64,000 nucleotides of DNA, from positions 41,178-105,177 of the forward strand of contig JACPEJ010000004.1 in NCBI GenBank assembly GCA_016183565.1, given 5' to 3'. This DNA is from Candidatus Blackburnbacteria bacterium (GTDB taxonomy: Bacteria; Patescibacteriota; Microgenomatia; UBA8517; UBA10165). Numbering within the stretch: the stretch's first letter is position 1; the number at the start of each line of letters is the position of its first letter. Position numbers and translations under genes: made by a program. Of this stretch, positions 38,129-48,555 are shown piece by piece. Under the pieces are notes generated by a model, which ran no database searches, was not told the origin of the DNA, and worked only from the letters and a program-made list of their open reading frames with translations.

Positions 38129-40198
38129 TTATGCTATACTCTTGGGCTGTTCTGGATTCCCTGGTTTTCTCCAAGAAGCCCACTTACATTTTGGATAGAG
38201 GGAACAACCGAAGAATCTTTTTCCTTTGCGTGTTTTTCTTGCTACAACTTCGCCTTTGCTGCAGTCAGGGCATTTTATCCCTAATTCTTCAATATAAGGG
38301 GCTGTCCAATCGCATTCAGGAAAACTTGAGCAAGATAAAAACTTCCCAAATCTTCCAACCCTTACAACCTGTTCTCCAACTTTGCATTTAGGACATTTAT
38401 CCCCTGTTTTTTCTACCTCAACATGTACTCTTTTTGCTGTTTTTTCTGTACTCTCCACCTTACTTTCAAATGGTTTCCAAAATTCGGAAATTATCGGTAC
38501 CCATTGCTTTTCGCCGTTTGCTATCTCGTCGAGATCATCTTCCATTCGGGCTGTGAATTTGTAGTCAACTATGTTGGGGAAATATTTGAATAAAAAGTCG
38601 TTAACAGCTATACCCAAAACAGTTGGAGAGAACTTTCCTTCTGTTTTTTCAACATACTGTCTTGTTTGAATTGTGGAGATAGTAGGCGCATAAGTTGATG
38701 GTCTGCCGATTCCTAGTTTTTCCAGTGTTTTGATAAGACTTGCTTCTGTGTATCTTGGAGGTGGTTGGGTGAACTTTTGTTGTGGATCCACTTTAACCAA
38801 TTGAAGAACCTCATCCTTTTCCACTTCAGGCAATTGAACAGACTCTTCTTCTACTTCCAGTTTGCCGTAAACTACCCTCCAGCCGGAAAACTTCATAATT
38901 TGCCCAGTAGCCGTTAATAAGTAACGGTTAGCTATGGAACTATCTTGCTTTATAGCTTCTACTTTTATGGTCGTCTCGTCAAAAACACTATCTGTCATTT
39001 GGCAGGCAACAAACCTCCTCCAAATAAGCCCGTACAGCTTTTCTGCATCGCTTCCTAATTCTTTTGAAAATTGCCTGCCCGCCAATTGCTTCGCTGCTAG
39101 GCGATAGCAGGCGGGAAAATTGAAAATTGAAAATTTGGCCACGTCAGTTGGCCTTACGGCCTCATGTGCTTCTTGCGCAAGTTTGTTTGAGGTTTTATAG
39201 AATTTTGGTTTTTCAGGCAAAAATTCTTTGCCATATTTTTTTTCAATGAAAGTACGTACAGACGAGACAGCTTCAGATGATAAATTCAAAGAATCTGTTC
39301 TGTGGTAAGTTATCAAGCCTTCTTCGTAAAGTTTTTGGGCAACTGACATTGTTTTTTTTGCGGACCAAAAGTAGGTTCTTGAGGCGGCTTGGGCCATAGT
39401 AGATGTTGTAAATGGCGCGGGGGCTCTCTTGTGAACTTCTTTTCTTTCGATGTCGGAGACTATATATTCGGCTTTGTGAAGATCGGATACCACTCCATCT
39501 GCTTGTTCCTTGTTTTTAACCTCCGCCTTTTTGTCATCTATTTTTACAAGTTTAACTATAAATTCTTCATTTTTGACTTTTGACTTTTGACTTTTGACTT
39601 GACAATATATCTCCCAATATTCCTCAGACTTGAAAGCCTCTATTTCTCTCTCTCGCTCGACTATTAATTTTACTGTAACGCTTTGAACACGGCCGGCTGA
39701 TAAACCTCTTCTTACTTTTCTCCAAAGAAGGGGTGAAAGTTTGTATCCAACAAGTCTATCTAAAACTCGTCTTGCTTGCTGGGCATGATAAAGTTTGAGG
39801 TCAACGTCTCGAGGGTTTTCTAAAGCATGTTTAACAGCTCCTTCTGTGATCTCGTGAAAAACCACCCTGTAGAATTTTGAATTTTGAATTTTGAATTTTG
39901 AACTTGAGCTTACCACGTCCTTGACGTGGTAAGCGATTGCTTCTCCTTCGCGGTCAGGATCTGTGGCAAGGTATATTTTTGAAGCTTGCTTTGCTTCTTG
40001 TTTAATCTTCCCGACTATGTCCTTTTTCTTGGTAACTAAGACATATTCAGGTTCAAAATTATGTTCTATATCAACACCCATTTTGCTTTTTGGCAAATCC
40101 ATAACATGCCCCATTGTGGGTTCAACCACGTATTCCTGCCCCAGGAAGCGACCTAGGGTACGCGCTTTGGTTGGTGATTCAACGATAATTAGATTCAT
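38129..40198 (-). CDS. topA: DNA topoisomerase I
   Basis: VESPTKA, ATDPDREGE, SAGRVQ, ITYHRTDS, zinc ribbons; several repeat-derived inserts. Confidence 0.97.
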   Translation of the reverse strand: MNLIIVESPTKARTLGRFLGQEYVVEPTMGHVMDLPKSKMGVDIEHNFEPEYVLVTKKKDIVGKIKQEAKQASKIYLATDPDREGEAIAYHVKDVVSSSSKFKIQNSKFYRVVFHEITEGAVKHALENPRDVDLKLYHAQQARRVLDRLVGYKLSPLLWRKVRRGLSAGRVQSVTVKLIVEREREIEAFKSEEYWEIYCQVKSQKSKVKNEEFIVKLVKIDDKKAEVKNKEQADGVVSDLHKAEYIVSDIERKEVHKRAPAPFTTSTMAQAASRTYFWSAKKTMSVAQKLYEEGLITYHRTDSLNLSSEAVSSVRTFIEKKYGKEFLPEKPKFYKTSNKLAQEAHEAVRPTDVAKFSIFNFPACYRLAAKQLAGRQFSKELGSDAEKLYGLIWRRFVACQMTDSVFDETTIKVEAIKQDSSIANRYLLTATGQIMKFSGWRVVYGKLEVEEESVQLPEVEKDEVLQLVKVDPQQKFTQPPPRYTEASLIKTLEKLGIGRPSTYAPTISTIQTRQYVEKTEGKFSPTVLGIAVNDFLFKYFPNIVDYKFTARMEDDLDEIANGEKQWVPIISEFWKPFESKVESTEKTAKRVHVEVEKTGDKCPKCKVGEQVVRVGRFGKFLSCSSFPECDWTAPYIEELGIKCPDCSKGEVVARKTRKGKRFFGCSLYPKCKWASWRKPGNPEQPKSIA

Positions 40199-40263
40199 AT
40201 AAGTCTAAGTCTAAGTTCAAGTCTAGGAAGGAAAACTCCTAAACTTAGACTTAGACTGTCATC

Positions 40264-41373
40264 TTAGACCTTTCTATACTCTCCTCCAACATTCTTAACC
40301 ATACCTTTCAATTCCATACTAGTCAATGTTCCCAAGACAATGCCCACGTCTAAACCACTTATTCTAACAATGCTGTCAACATCTAACCCCTCTCTCTCCA
40401 GTAGGCTTAACAGCTTCTCTTCCTCTTTTGTCTCTGGCAAGGTTTTCTTTGATTCATAATTCTTTATCCTTGATTCTATCTTGAGTTCCTCTAATATGTC
40501 TTCAGCTCTTTCTACAAGTTTTGCTCCTTGTTTGATTAATAAATTTGGGGCTTGAGACAAAATAGAAGTAATGGGCCCTGGAACTGCAAAAACATCTCTT
40601 CCCTGACGGGCTGCACAGGATGCTGTTAAAAGTGTTCCTGATTTTGCTGTTCCTTCGATAACAAGAACTGCTAAAGACATGCCTGATACGATTCTGTTTC
40701 TATAAGGAAAATTTTGAGGGAGAGCAGGGTACCCAAGAGGGTATTCTGAGATTATTGTGCCATTTTTGCTCTCGAGCATGCGCCGGGCGAGCAGTCTATT
40801 TGAGGGAGGATAAATAGTATCAAGACCATTCCCTAAAACCGCGATTGTCGAGCCCTTACAATCTACAGCAGTTTTGTGGGCGATTGCATCAATGCCTAGT
40901 GCTAAGCCGGAAACTATGGTCACTCCGGCATCTACAAGTCCTGCCACTAGTCTTTCTGTAACATCTTTCCCATAGGAGGTTGCTTTTCTCGAGCCGACAA
41001 CCGCAACTGCCACCTCTGAAATTTCTGCTAGATTAGCCTTGCAAGGCGTCCCCTTGCAAGACTGGCGAGCGTAAAGGAGGTATGGGGTATCGTCAATTTC
41101 TTTTAACCTAGCTGGATATTCTTCGTCGTCCTTCAGGATTACATCGATCCCTAATTTCTCCAGAGAGTTCAAGTACAAGTCTAAGTCTAAGTTGCTTCTG
41201 TGCTCCTTTAACTTTGCCACTAAACTTGGACTCAGACCGATTTCTGTAAGCTGTTTTATCGGAGCTTCCCAAGCTTTCTCTGCACTTCCAAAGTACTCAA
41301 CTAAAAGCTTTATGTGCGCTGGGCCAAAAGGGACAAAAGTACTCCAAGCAATCCAGGCTTCTTTCTCGGTCAT
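40264..41373 (-). CDS. dprA: DNA-processing protein DprA
   Basis: VGSRKA, VSGLALGIDA.AH, FP.RNRIVSG, FAVPG. Confidence 0.95.
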   Translation of the reverse strand: MTEKEAWIAWSTFVPFGPAHIKLLVEYFGSAEKAWEAPIKQLTEIGLSPSLVAKLKEHRSNLDLDLYLNSLEKLGIDVILKDDEEYPARLKEIDDTPYLLYARQSCKGTPCKANLAEISEVAVAVVGSRKATSYGKDVTERLVAGLVDAGVTIVSGLALGIDAIAHKTAVDCKGSTIAVLGNGLDTIYPPSNRLLARRMLESKNGTIISEYPLGYPALPQNFPYRNRIVSGMSLAVLVIEGTAKSGTLLTASCAARQGRDVFAVPGPITSILSQAPNLLIKQGAKLVERAEDILEELKIESRIKNYESKKTLPETKEEEKLLSLLEREGLDVDSIVRISGLDVGIVLGTLTSMELKGMVKNVGGEYRKV

Positions 41374-41417
41374 ACTTTGACATTACCACAATCTGCTGTT
41401 GGTGGTATACTGAGTTT

Positions 41418-41615
41418 GTGGGGCTGAAGGTATCTTTTACAGAGAACCAGCTTAAGATGCTTGCGGTTGTTGCAGCAGATGCTGGCCAGGTGTTCTTTGC
41501 GATAACAGTGGTTCCTTTTTTAATCAGTCCCAGCCAGACGAGTCTGTTGGCATTCTTTTTTGGGATATCACTCACATTAGCTTGTTGGGTAGCCAGCTTA
41601 ATATTAACAAAGTAA
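41418..41615 (+). CDS. Small two-TM membrane protein
   Basis: Hydrophobic 65-aa ORF. Confidence 0.55.
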   Translation: MGLKVSFTENQLKMLAVVAADAGQVFFAITVVPFLISPSQTSLLAFFFGISLTLACWVASLILTK

Positions 41616-41619
41616 AATC

Positions 41620-41769
41620 ATGATCACACCAGAGTCTATTAACCAGGGACTAATGATATTCTATTTAACCGGAGCCATATTACTTCTTGCCATGGCAATC
41701 CTCGTATATCCAACTCTCCGAGAGCGCGAGCGCGCAAGAAGGACAAAAAAGAAACAACCTCGCAAGTAG
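41620..41769 (+). CDS. Small single-TM protein with basic tail (not in ORF track)
   Basis: MITPESINQGLMIFYLTGAILLLAMAILVYPTLRERERARRTKKKQPRK. Confidence 0.55.
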   Translation: MITPESINQGLMIFYLTGAILLLAMAILVYPTLRERERARRTKKKQPRK

Positions 41770-41937
41770 CTCTTCTGTAACTATTTTTTGACTATAGGTT
41801 GACTTTGGGGGTATTTTATGGTAAGATTAACCACTTTGACAAACCGCAAAACAAGGTCTCTGGGCACAGAGAATTCAAACCTTGTTCGGTGTGTCCAAGA
41901 AAGTTAGTTCGCACATCACAAGTGAAGGAGAAAGGTC

Positions 41938-42513
41938 ATGTCTCGACGGCTTGCCATTGGGGTGTTTGCACTCGTATGCGCTGCTGTTGTCTGGGTTCTC
42001 GGCGGCTGGGTGATACAATTGGTCGATTGGGGCCTTCCGTCCACCCCGCCGGCGGTTCGGGTCGAGATCTATCGACACTTCCCGGAGCGTGGGATGATCG
42101 GAGATGTCAAGAGCCGAACAACAGTAAGGCCAGGTGAAGCAATCGTGGACGTTGTTCGCTTCACAAACACTGGCAAGTGGGTAAGCCACTTTGACACAAC
42201 TGTGGTCTTTCTTGATTGGGTGCTAAACATCTCGGGTCCGTACAGTTTGCCCGAGGGTTGGTGGCAACGAGGGCCGCATGAGCCAACGGCCTTTCCCATG
42301 CATCGGCTGCGATATGAACCCGTAGGTGGGATTCCCACCGGTGCACAGTCAGAGGTAGTCTTCAGCTATAGAGTCAACGATCAGCTGGGAACTACGTTGT
42401 GGGTGCCACTTGAAGTGCGCACAATGGTTATGATGACAACCGACGGCGGTCGTCGAGTCTTATCTTCACATGAGATAAGCTCGAGAGTGGTGTTGCCTAA
42501 TGGTCAACAGTAG
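41938..42513 (+). CDS. GC-rich, membrane-anchored Ig-like protein
   Basis: AAGGAG RBS, N-terminal TM, VRPGE...VRFTNTG beta pattern. Confidence 0.65.
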   Translation: MSRRLAIGVFALVCAAVVWVLGGWVIQLVDWGLPSTPPAVRVEIYRHFPERGMIGDVKSRTTVRPGEAIVDVVRFTNTGKWVSHFDTTVVFLDWVLNISGPYSLPEGWWQRGPHEPTAFPMHRLRYEPVGGIPTGAQSEVVFSYRVNDQLGTTLWVPLEVRTMVMMTTDGGRRVLSSHEISSRVVLPNGQQ

Positions 42514-42820
42514 ACCGATCTTTATGATATCGAGCACTTGAGACTTGCCAGAGCAACAACCGACCTCTTCCGTATCGCCGTTACTACCGCCTTGCTAAGG
42601 TGTTCGATATAGGCTACTGGCCTAATTTGACACTGACCCAGGCGGTTCTTTTTTTGCGTTGAGTTACCTGCCTTATCTTCGCACTCGTCTTCTACTCGTC
42701 TTCTAGCCTCGCAAGGTGAGACCTTGTGAACGTAAACCACAAAGAAGCCGCCTCTTAAGGAATGTCCCACATGGGAAACAAACCCGCTAAGGCGGCAAGA
42801 ACAAAATCGGAGCTATGCAG

Positions 42821-43183
42821 CTACGGACGCATCAGCCATTGCGCCGCAGCCCGCTTGTCGGAGGGGGACTTTAGGACAACAGGTCCGTCGGAGGTTGTCG
42901 TCAACCGGAGCTTTTGGAGCTGTGCCATTCCTGGGTAGTGACCATCTAACATCCAGCCTTGCTCCGTGATGATCTCAAGGACCTCTCGCCGCTCTTCTCC
43001 CTGTAAGCCCGCTGAGTTGACCCTCATTATAAGGGTTTCGTAGGTCCTTCTGAGATCCTCCGCGTACTTGTCAGAGATACGTAACAACGCCTTGCTTTCA
43101 TCGGACAACGGCCGATTCAACACAAGCAGAGCTGCGTCAGAGTAAAGCCCAGCACGAGTGCGTACCGTTGTGTTGACAGGCAT
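42821..43183 (-). CDS. GC-rich hypothetical protein
   Basis: GGAGG RBS; 120-aa ORF. Confidence 0.6.
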   Translation of the reverse strand: MPVNTTVRTRAGLYSDAALLVLNRPLSDESKALLRISDKYAEDLRRTYETLIMRVNSAGLQGEERREVLEIITEQGWMLDGHYPGMAQLQKLRLTTTSDGPVVLKSPSDKRAAAQWLMRP

Positions 43184-43411
43184 GATCCCTCCGTTTTAGT
43201 TGTGATGTGCGGATTGGCTCCACCCATTGCTCAATCAGGGTAGGCAATCCTAGTCAGAAGTATAACACACGGCTGAACACAAACGCAATTGGCTATAGGA
43301 TAAATATTTAATTTATCTTTTATCTATCTAGATCCCGATGTGCAAAGCTATTCCACTCCCGATGTGGAATACGTTGGCACATCGGTATGTCTCATCGGTA
43401 TGTCTATCTGT

Positions 43412-45190
43412 CTATCTATTCTCAAGCCATTCTTCTAACACCTTCCTCACAACCGGTGCTGCGACGCTGGACCCTTCTCCCCCTTCTTCGAGAATGGCGG
43501 TAAGAACAATATCCGGATTTTGGGAAGGTGCAAATGAAGTTAGCCAGGCATGTGTTTTGTCAGCTTTAAATTGGGCAGTGCCAGTTTTGCAGGCAACTCT
43601 TCCAGGAGGCTCGACGGAAACTTCAAGGTCAAAAAGAGGAAAAGCAGTTCCTCCGGGGCTACATACTCCTACCATTCCTTCAGTAATTAACTCCATGGTT
43701 TCTTTCTTGAGCCCAATATCTTTACATCCCTGTGCTATTTGTACTACATGTGGTTTGCACAACTTTCCACCGTTTGCGATAACACTAGTCATGTTAACAA
43801 TCTGAACTGGTGTTGCGGTCATATCCCCTTGCCCTATTGCCATATGGTAAGTATTTCCTAAAAACCACTTCTCTTTTTTTATTTTCTCTTTCCACTCTGG
43901 ATTTGGGACAAGGCCAGAGACTTCGCCAGGGAGATCGATACCACTCGGCCTACCCAGCCCGAACTTTTCCGCCCACTCTGATAGTTTGTTAACCCCCAAC
44001 TCCCCACCAATATAATAAAAGAAAGTGTCGGTTGAGCGAGTTAGTGCACGAACAACATTGATTAATCCTTCAGTCTTGCCGTATTGAGTAAAATACCAGT
44101 TCTTGTAGTTAAACTTTCCAACAGTTACAACTCCTTCGTCTTTATATTCAAAGTCTTTGTCAATTTTCCCTTCCTCTAGTGCCCCGCTTGCTGTAACAAT
44201 TTTGAAAGTTGAGCCAGGGTGATATGCTCCCCCTATCGCACGATTGAAAAGAGGCAGGTTTGCATCTTTGGCTAAGGAGGGATAGTTTTGCGAAATTTTG
44301 TTTGGATCAAATGAAGGAACGGAGACCATGGCCTGGAGTTCACCGTTTGCCGGATTTTGGGCAACAAGGGCTCCTTTGGCGACAGTTCCACCTTCCCAAC
44401 CAGGTTTGCCTCCGGAAGATCGAGCTAAAGAGGGCGCAGAAACCAGAGCCTGATATGCTGATTCTTGGATGTTTTTGTCTATTGTCAATGTTATATTGTT
44501 ACCCGGAACAGGTTCGCGCCTCCCCATTTTCCGAATAATCTTCCCTCTTGAGTCAACTTCAATTAGCTCTTCCCCGTTTATGCCGCGTAAAATACAATCA
44601 TATTGTGCCTCGATTCCCATGCGACCTATTGCATCACCGAGTTGGAGAGGATAGGTTGTAGTACAAGCTGGACTGCCAACCTCGTCCGCAGAAGCTTCGT
44701 TGACATACCCAACCAAGTGTGCCGAGGCCATTCTCAAGGGGTATTCTCGCTCTATGTCGACAATAATGCGGGAGGCTTGTTCGGAATCTGAGGCCTGAAT
44801 TTTTAATGCCTCTTCTCGTGAGATTTTTTGAGTTTCAGTAACGACTCCTCCTTTGGAGAAAGTAGCAAGTTTGTAAACTGGTAAATTTCGGGCTAAGGCA
44901 GCTCCATTTTTGTCCAAAATTTCGCCTCTGGAGGCTTTTAGGGGGATTCTTCTTATTCTATTTCCTTCGGCTAATGCGCGGAAGTAGGAGCCGCGGATTA
45001 TTTGGAGGTCGATAATTCTTGCAATACCGATAAGCCAAAAAACAATTAGAAAGCATAAAAATAATACCCAACGAGGAGATTGCACTTCCGGAAGGTGATA
45101 TGAAGAACCAACCTTGAATGAAATCCCTTCTCCGAATGCTCTTTTGACATTTTGAGTAATAAGAGGATTCTTTCGTTTCATTTTGGTCAT
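43412..45190 (-). CDS. mrdA: Penicillin-binding protein 2
   Basis: RGEILD.NG, PGSTFK, STD, KTGTAQ; in mre operon. Confidence 0.92.
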   Translation of the reverse strand: MTKMKRKNPLITQNVKRAFGEGISFKVGSSYHLPEVQSPRWVLFLCFLIVFWLIGIARIIDLQIIRGSYFRALAEGNRIRRIPLKASRGEILDKNGAALARNLPVYKLATFSKGGVVTETQKISREEALKIQASDSEQASRIIVDIEREYPLRMASAHLVGYVNEASADEVGSPACTTTYPLQLGDAIGRMGIEAQYDCILRGINGEELIEVDSRGKIIRKMGRREPVPGNNITLTIDKNIQESAYQALVSAPSLARSSGGKPGWEGGTVAKGALVAQNPANGELQAMVSVPSFDPNKISQNYPSLAKDANLPLFNRAIGGAYHPGSTFKIVTASGALEEGKIDKDFEYKDEGVVTVGKFNYKNWYFTQYGKTEGLINVVRALTRSTDTFFYYIGGELGVNKLSEWAEKFGLGRPSGIDLPGEVSGLVPNPEWKEKIKKEKWFLGNTYHMAIGQGDMTATPVQIVNMTSVIANGGKLCKPHVVQIAQGCKDIGLKKETMELITEGMVGVCSPGGTAFPLFDLEVSVEPPGRVACKTGTAQFKADKTHAWLTSFAPSQNPDIVLTAILEEGGEGSSVAAPVVRKVLEEWLENR

Positions 45191-45191
45191 G

Positions 45192-45629
45192 CTACACCTT
45201 ATATCCAACCACATGGTGTCTTGAGATGTATTTAAAAAACAAAAAGGAGAGAAAACCAATAGTCAAAGTAGACCAAAAGTAGAACTCTCCAAAGACAACT
45301 TTTGCCCGTAAAAGATTTGACAAGACAACTAGACTTCCTAAAAAAAATGGGTTTTTGGAAAAGAACTCTTTTTTGGTCGATGTCCAAAACAGTAAAACCC
45401 CAAAAAATAAAATCGGGGTTAGTCCTAATTTTGTCCCTTGGATAAGATCAAAAGTAAACGAAAGCCCGAACACAAGAAAAAGAGTTTTGCTGGACACAAA
45501 TTCTTTACTGTGGTTTATAGAAAGAAAGATTAATACCAGCAAAAATCCTTCCAAAAATACTGGAGGCAGAAGAGGGCCTTGAACAAGGGAAAAGATTGTG
45601 GCTAATAACAGAACTATGTGTGAACTCAT
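45192..45629 (-). CDS. MreD-like membrane protein
   Basis: Hydrophobic ORF between mreC and mrdA. Confidence 0.6.
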   Translation of the reverse strand: MSSHIVLLLATIFSLVQGPLLPPVFLEGFLLVLIFLSINHSKEFVSSKTLFLVFGLSFTFDLIQGTKLGLTPILFFGVLLFWTSTKKEFFSKNPFFLGSLVVLSNLLRAKVVFGEFYFWSTLTIGFLSFLFFKYISRHHVVGYKV

Positions 45630-45755
45630 AAATTTAAAATTTTCATTTTTCAATTTACGCGCATCGCCTTGTTACACAAGTCGGCAATCAAGTATCAATT
45701 ACTAAATTTTCAATGAAAATTCAATAAAAATTGTAAATTAAAAATTAAAAATTAC

Positions 45756-46565
45756 TTAGTATTTTGTCACAAAGAAAACTGTGTCAAGTGCATTTACGTT
45801 TGTTGCCAATTCCATCTCCGCTTGCTGCCAAGCACCGTCTTTTACTGGCAAAACGCGTGTTATAACCCCGAGCAAAAGCCCAGCGGGAAATGCACCGTCT
45901 TCGTTAGTTAAAATTAAATCCCCTTTTTTTAGTGTTTCTTTTGTTAAAACTTGGTCAAGAATAACTTTTCCTCCACGACCCAAGGCAAGACCTACGGCCG
46001 TTAGTTGCCCGTTGTTTTTATCACGGACAACAACAGGAATTTTAGAAAGATCGGATGTGGGTAAGATAATTTTAATTTTGCGTCCTACTTTCTCCTCTGT
46101 AAATCCTACAAAAACTCCACCTTGCTTTACCTTGTCGTCTGTTGTAATAACAGCGGTATTGGAAGAGGGTGTGTAATCACTTGTTACTTGTAAAATATCC
46201 CCGGATGAGGAAACAACATTAGCAAGCTCAAACATCCAAGAAGGTGGCAAACTTGCTCCTAGGAGTTTTCTTAATCGCGCATTTTCTTTTTCAAGACTCC
46301 CAAGCTTCGCAAGCTGGGAAGATAGAAACGCATTCCTTACCTCAGCCTCCTCAGCTTTTTTCTCCAACTCACCTGATGAAACGAGAAAGACATTCGGAGC
46401 AATAGATTTCTTGGTTTTAAACAAGCGTGTATCGAGGGGAATTGTAAGTGCTTGAACTAAATTATGGATAGGGGTAAGAAATCCTCGTAGATCTAAGAAA
46501 AAAAGGAGGCTTGAACAAACGAGGTACAAGATGAGTGTTCGCCCAGATTTCTCAAGACCAAGCAT
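45756..46565 (-). CDS. mreC: Rod shape-determining protein MreC
   Basis: TM, coiled coil, LEKENARLRKLL, FPAGLLLG. Confidence 0.85.
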   Translation of the reverse strand: MLGLEKSGRTLILYLVCSSLLFFLDLRGFLTPIHNLVQALTIPLDTRLFKTKKSIAPNVFLVSSGELEKKAEEAEVRNAFLSSQLAKLGSLEKENARLRKLLGASLPPSWMFELANVVSSSGDILQVTSDYTPSSNTAVITTDDKVKQGGVFVGFTEEKVGRKIKIILPTSDLSKIPVVVRDKNNGQLTAVGLALGRGGKVILDQVLTKETLKKGDLILTNEDGAFPAGLLLGVITRVLPVKDGAWQQAEMELATNVNALDTVFFVTKY

Positions 46566-46605
46566 GTTTGCATTTTACCATGTAAATAACATGGTAATAT
46601 GAAGT

Positions 46606-48555
46606 ATGGCTGAAACTGCTTTGGCTGAGGTTGATGTTACAAAACAGCCGCCTTGCGAGCCTTTCCCCCGCAAAGAGACAAAAGAAAGAGATGACGGACT
46701 TCTTATTCCAAGAATTGAGGATTATCCTACCAAAGCTCGGGTCAGAGTTATTGATAACCATAGGGTAGCTGTTCCTCTTTTTCAAAAAGCAGAACGTATG
46801 CTTGATGGCCTTAATTTATTTGCAGAAACTATGGAAGAAACTACAGAAGGAGAGAAGTCACAATTAGAGAGAGCAAAATTACCTACCCAGGAAATGGTTG
46901 ATAGAGCGGATGAACAAATTGCAAAAATTCAAGGGGAGTTTGAGCTTCTTTATGCTATTCACGAAAGACTTCGAAGAGGTGAGGATTGCTCAAAACTTCT
47001 TTTATCAGCTTCCCCTCTTATGGGCACAGATTCCCTCACCCCTTTTGACAGAGAACAGTTCGCAGAGAATCTAAAGTCCGGATTTCGGTTTCGGCAGAGA
47101 ATAAGGCCCCTATTAAAAAACACAGCACATGAGGCGCGTTTGAGGAGCCAGCTTCAGCTACAGAAGAATGCTTTTGCTAGGAGGACTCACAATTTTGTAT
47201 CTGCTCTAGTTGAGCCAGTGAGCCATCCTTTACTTGAGGCTGAGATTGAACAAATAAGGCCAGAGGATTTTGTGGGAAAGTCCCCGTCCTACGCAAAATC
47301 TCATGTAGAGAGTGCAACAGCTGACTTTTGGTCCCAAGCACGCGAGGTGGCACGGGCCGGTGCAGCTACTTGGGTTTACCGAGGAAAAATTCAAGAATGG
47401 GTGGACAGTTCTCGCGACAAACTAGATAGTATGGATGTTTCTTGGACATTTGATACTCGCCTCAATTCGCTAGATTCAACATTTGCCAAGAATGAAGAAT
47501 TATTTGCGCAGGAAGTAGAAGCCGCACCTAAAGAGTCGGTTGAAAAAGTAGTCCATACAGCATTGGCTGAAGTCGGAAAAACTCTTAGTGATGCGGGACA
47601 GGCATATGTTCCCTGGGACCCAGCAGAAAAATCGGCTTTTATGATATATGAGTGGACTCCTTTGGAAGCAGTTCTAATAGCAGAATCCCTTAATCCGAAG
47701 ATTGAAAGATCGCTTGAGGTAGCAAGAAAGTACTCTGTGGCAGATGCCAATAGTTTTCAGTATACGTACGAACATACAAGCGGAGGGTTGGTAGAAGGTG
47801 GCAGGCTTCGGTCGGAGGAGAATAGGGCTTTTCCTAATTCCAGAGAGTTATTTTGGCATGTTGCTCCGTATGGGAAGATGAAGGAAATTTTAAGACGTGG
47901 CGTTCTTGCTTCACGAAGAGCACAAATAGATCGATATGGGGAAAGCTACTTCCACAGCGGCGGCGGAATCAGAACAACAAAAGATAGCGTTATTGTAGTT
48001 GACCAATTCGGCTATGAAAAAACCATTCCCAAGTCGGAATTTAAATTCAACAGAGGCAGGGGGCAAGGGAAACATCCCAACCAAGAAATGTATCAGGTGT
48101 GCTTCTCCCAAAACTGGCCATATTTTTATCAGGACGGGGTGGCCTTAGTATTTAGTAAGGCTTCGTTGTGTTCAAAAGGTCAGTTTTTTGATCGTGATGG
48201 TTGGCATCTTTTTAGTACAGACTATAGAGACAACGAAGTTTCTCCGGGTTTTGAGATTGAGTTGGACAAAGAACCAAACATGTTAATTGCGGTAGTCGGA
48301 GAGAAATGCGAAGATCTAAAAAGATTTTTGGGAAAGGAGCTTGGAAGAACCGACCAGTGGATTTCGGACAACGTGGTTGTGGTACCCAGCTCACCTTCTG
48401 GAACATTTGAGATAGACCTTCCAAAATTACAGGAGCTTTTCTTTTCAAGACACCAGGTTGCAGTTAAACAGGGAGTGTTCATCCCAACCGGAGAAATGGG
48501 AGACCACGGAGGAGGAGGGGTTGATCCTCTTTATACCTATAAAGCGCTATCTTAG
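46606..48555 (+). CDS. Large orphan protein interrupting the mreB-mreC order
   Basis: 649-aa ORF on the opposite strand; helical N-terminal half; LFWHV...ILRRGVLAS motif. Confidence 0.7.
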   Translation: MAETALAEVDVTKQPPCEPFPRKETKERDDGLLIPRIEDYPTKARVRVIDNHRVAVPLFQKAERMLDGLNLFAETMEETTEGEKSQLERAKLPTQEMVDRADEQIAKIQGEFELLYAIHERLRRGEDCSKLLLSASPLMGTDSLTPFDREQFAENLKSGFRFRQRIRPLLKNTAHEARLRSQLQLQKNAFARRTHNFVSALVEPVSHPLLEAEIEQIRPEDFVGKSPSYAKSHVESATADFWSQAREVARAGAATWVYRGKIQEWVDSSRDKLDSMDVSWTFDTRLNSLDSTFAKNEELFAQEVEAAPKESVEKVVHTALAEVGKTLSDAGQAYVPWDPAEKSAFMIYEWTPLEAVLIAESLNPKIERSLEVARKYSVADANSFQYTYEHTSGGLVEGGRLRSEENRAFPNSRELFWHVAPYGKMKEILRRGVLASRRAQIDRYGESYFHSGGGIRTTKDSVIVVDQFGYEKTIPKSEFKFNRGRGQGKHPNQEMYQVCFSQNWPYFYQDGVALVFSKASLCSKGQFFDRDGWHLFSTDYRDNEVSPGFEIELDKEPNMLIAVVGEKCEDLKRFLGKELGRTDQWISDNVVVVPSSPSGTFEIDLPKLQELFFSRHQVAVKQGVFIPTGEMGDHGGGGVDPLYTYKALS

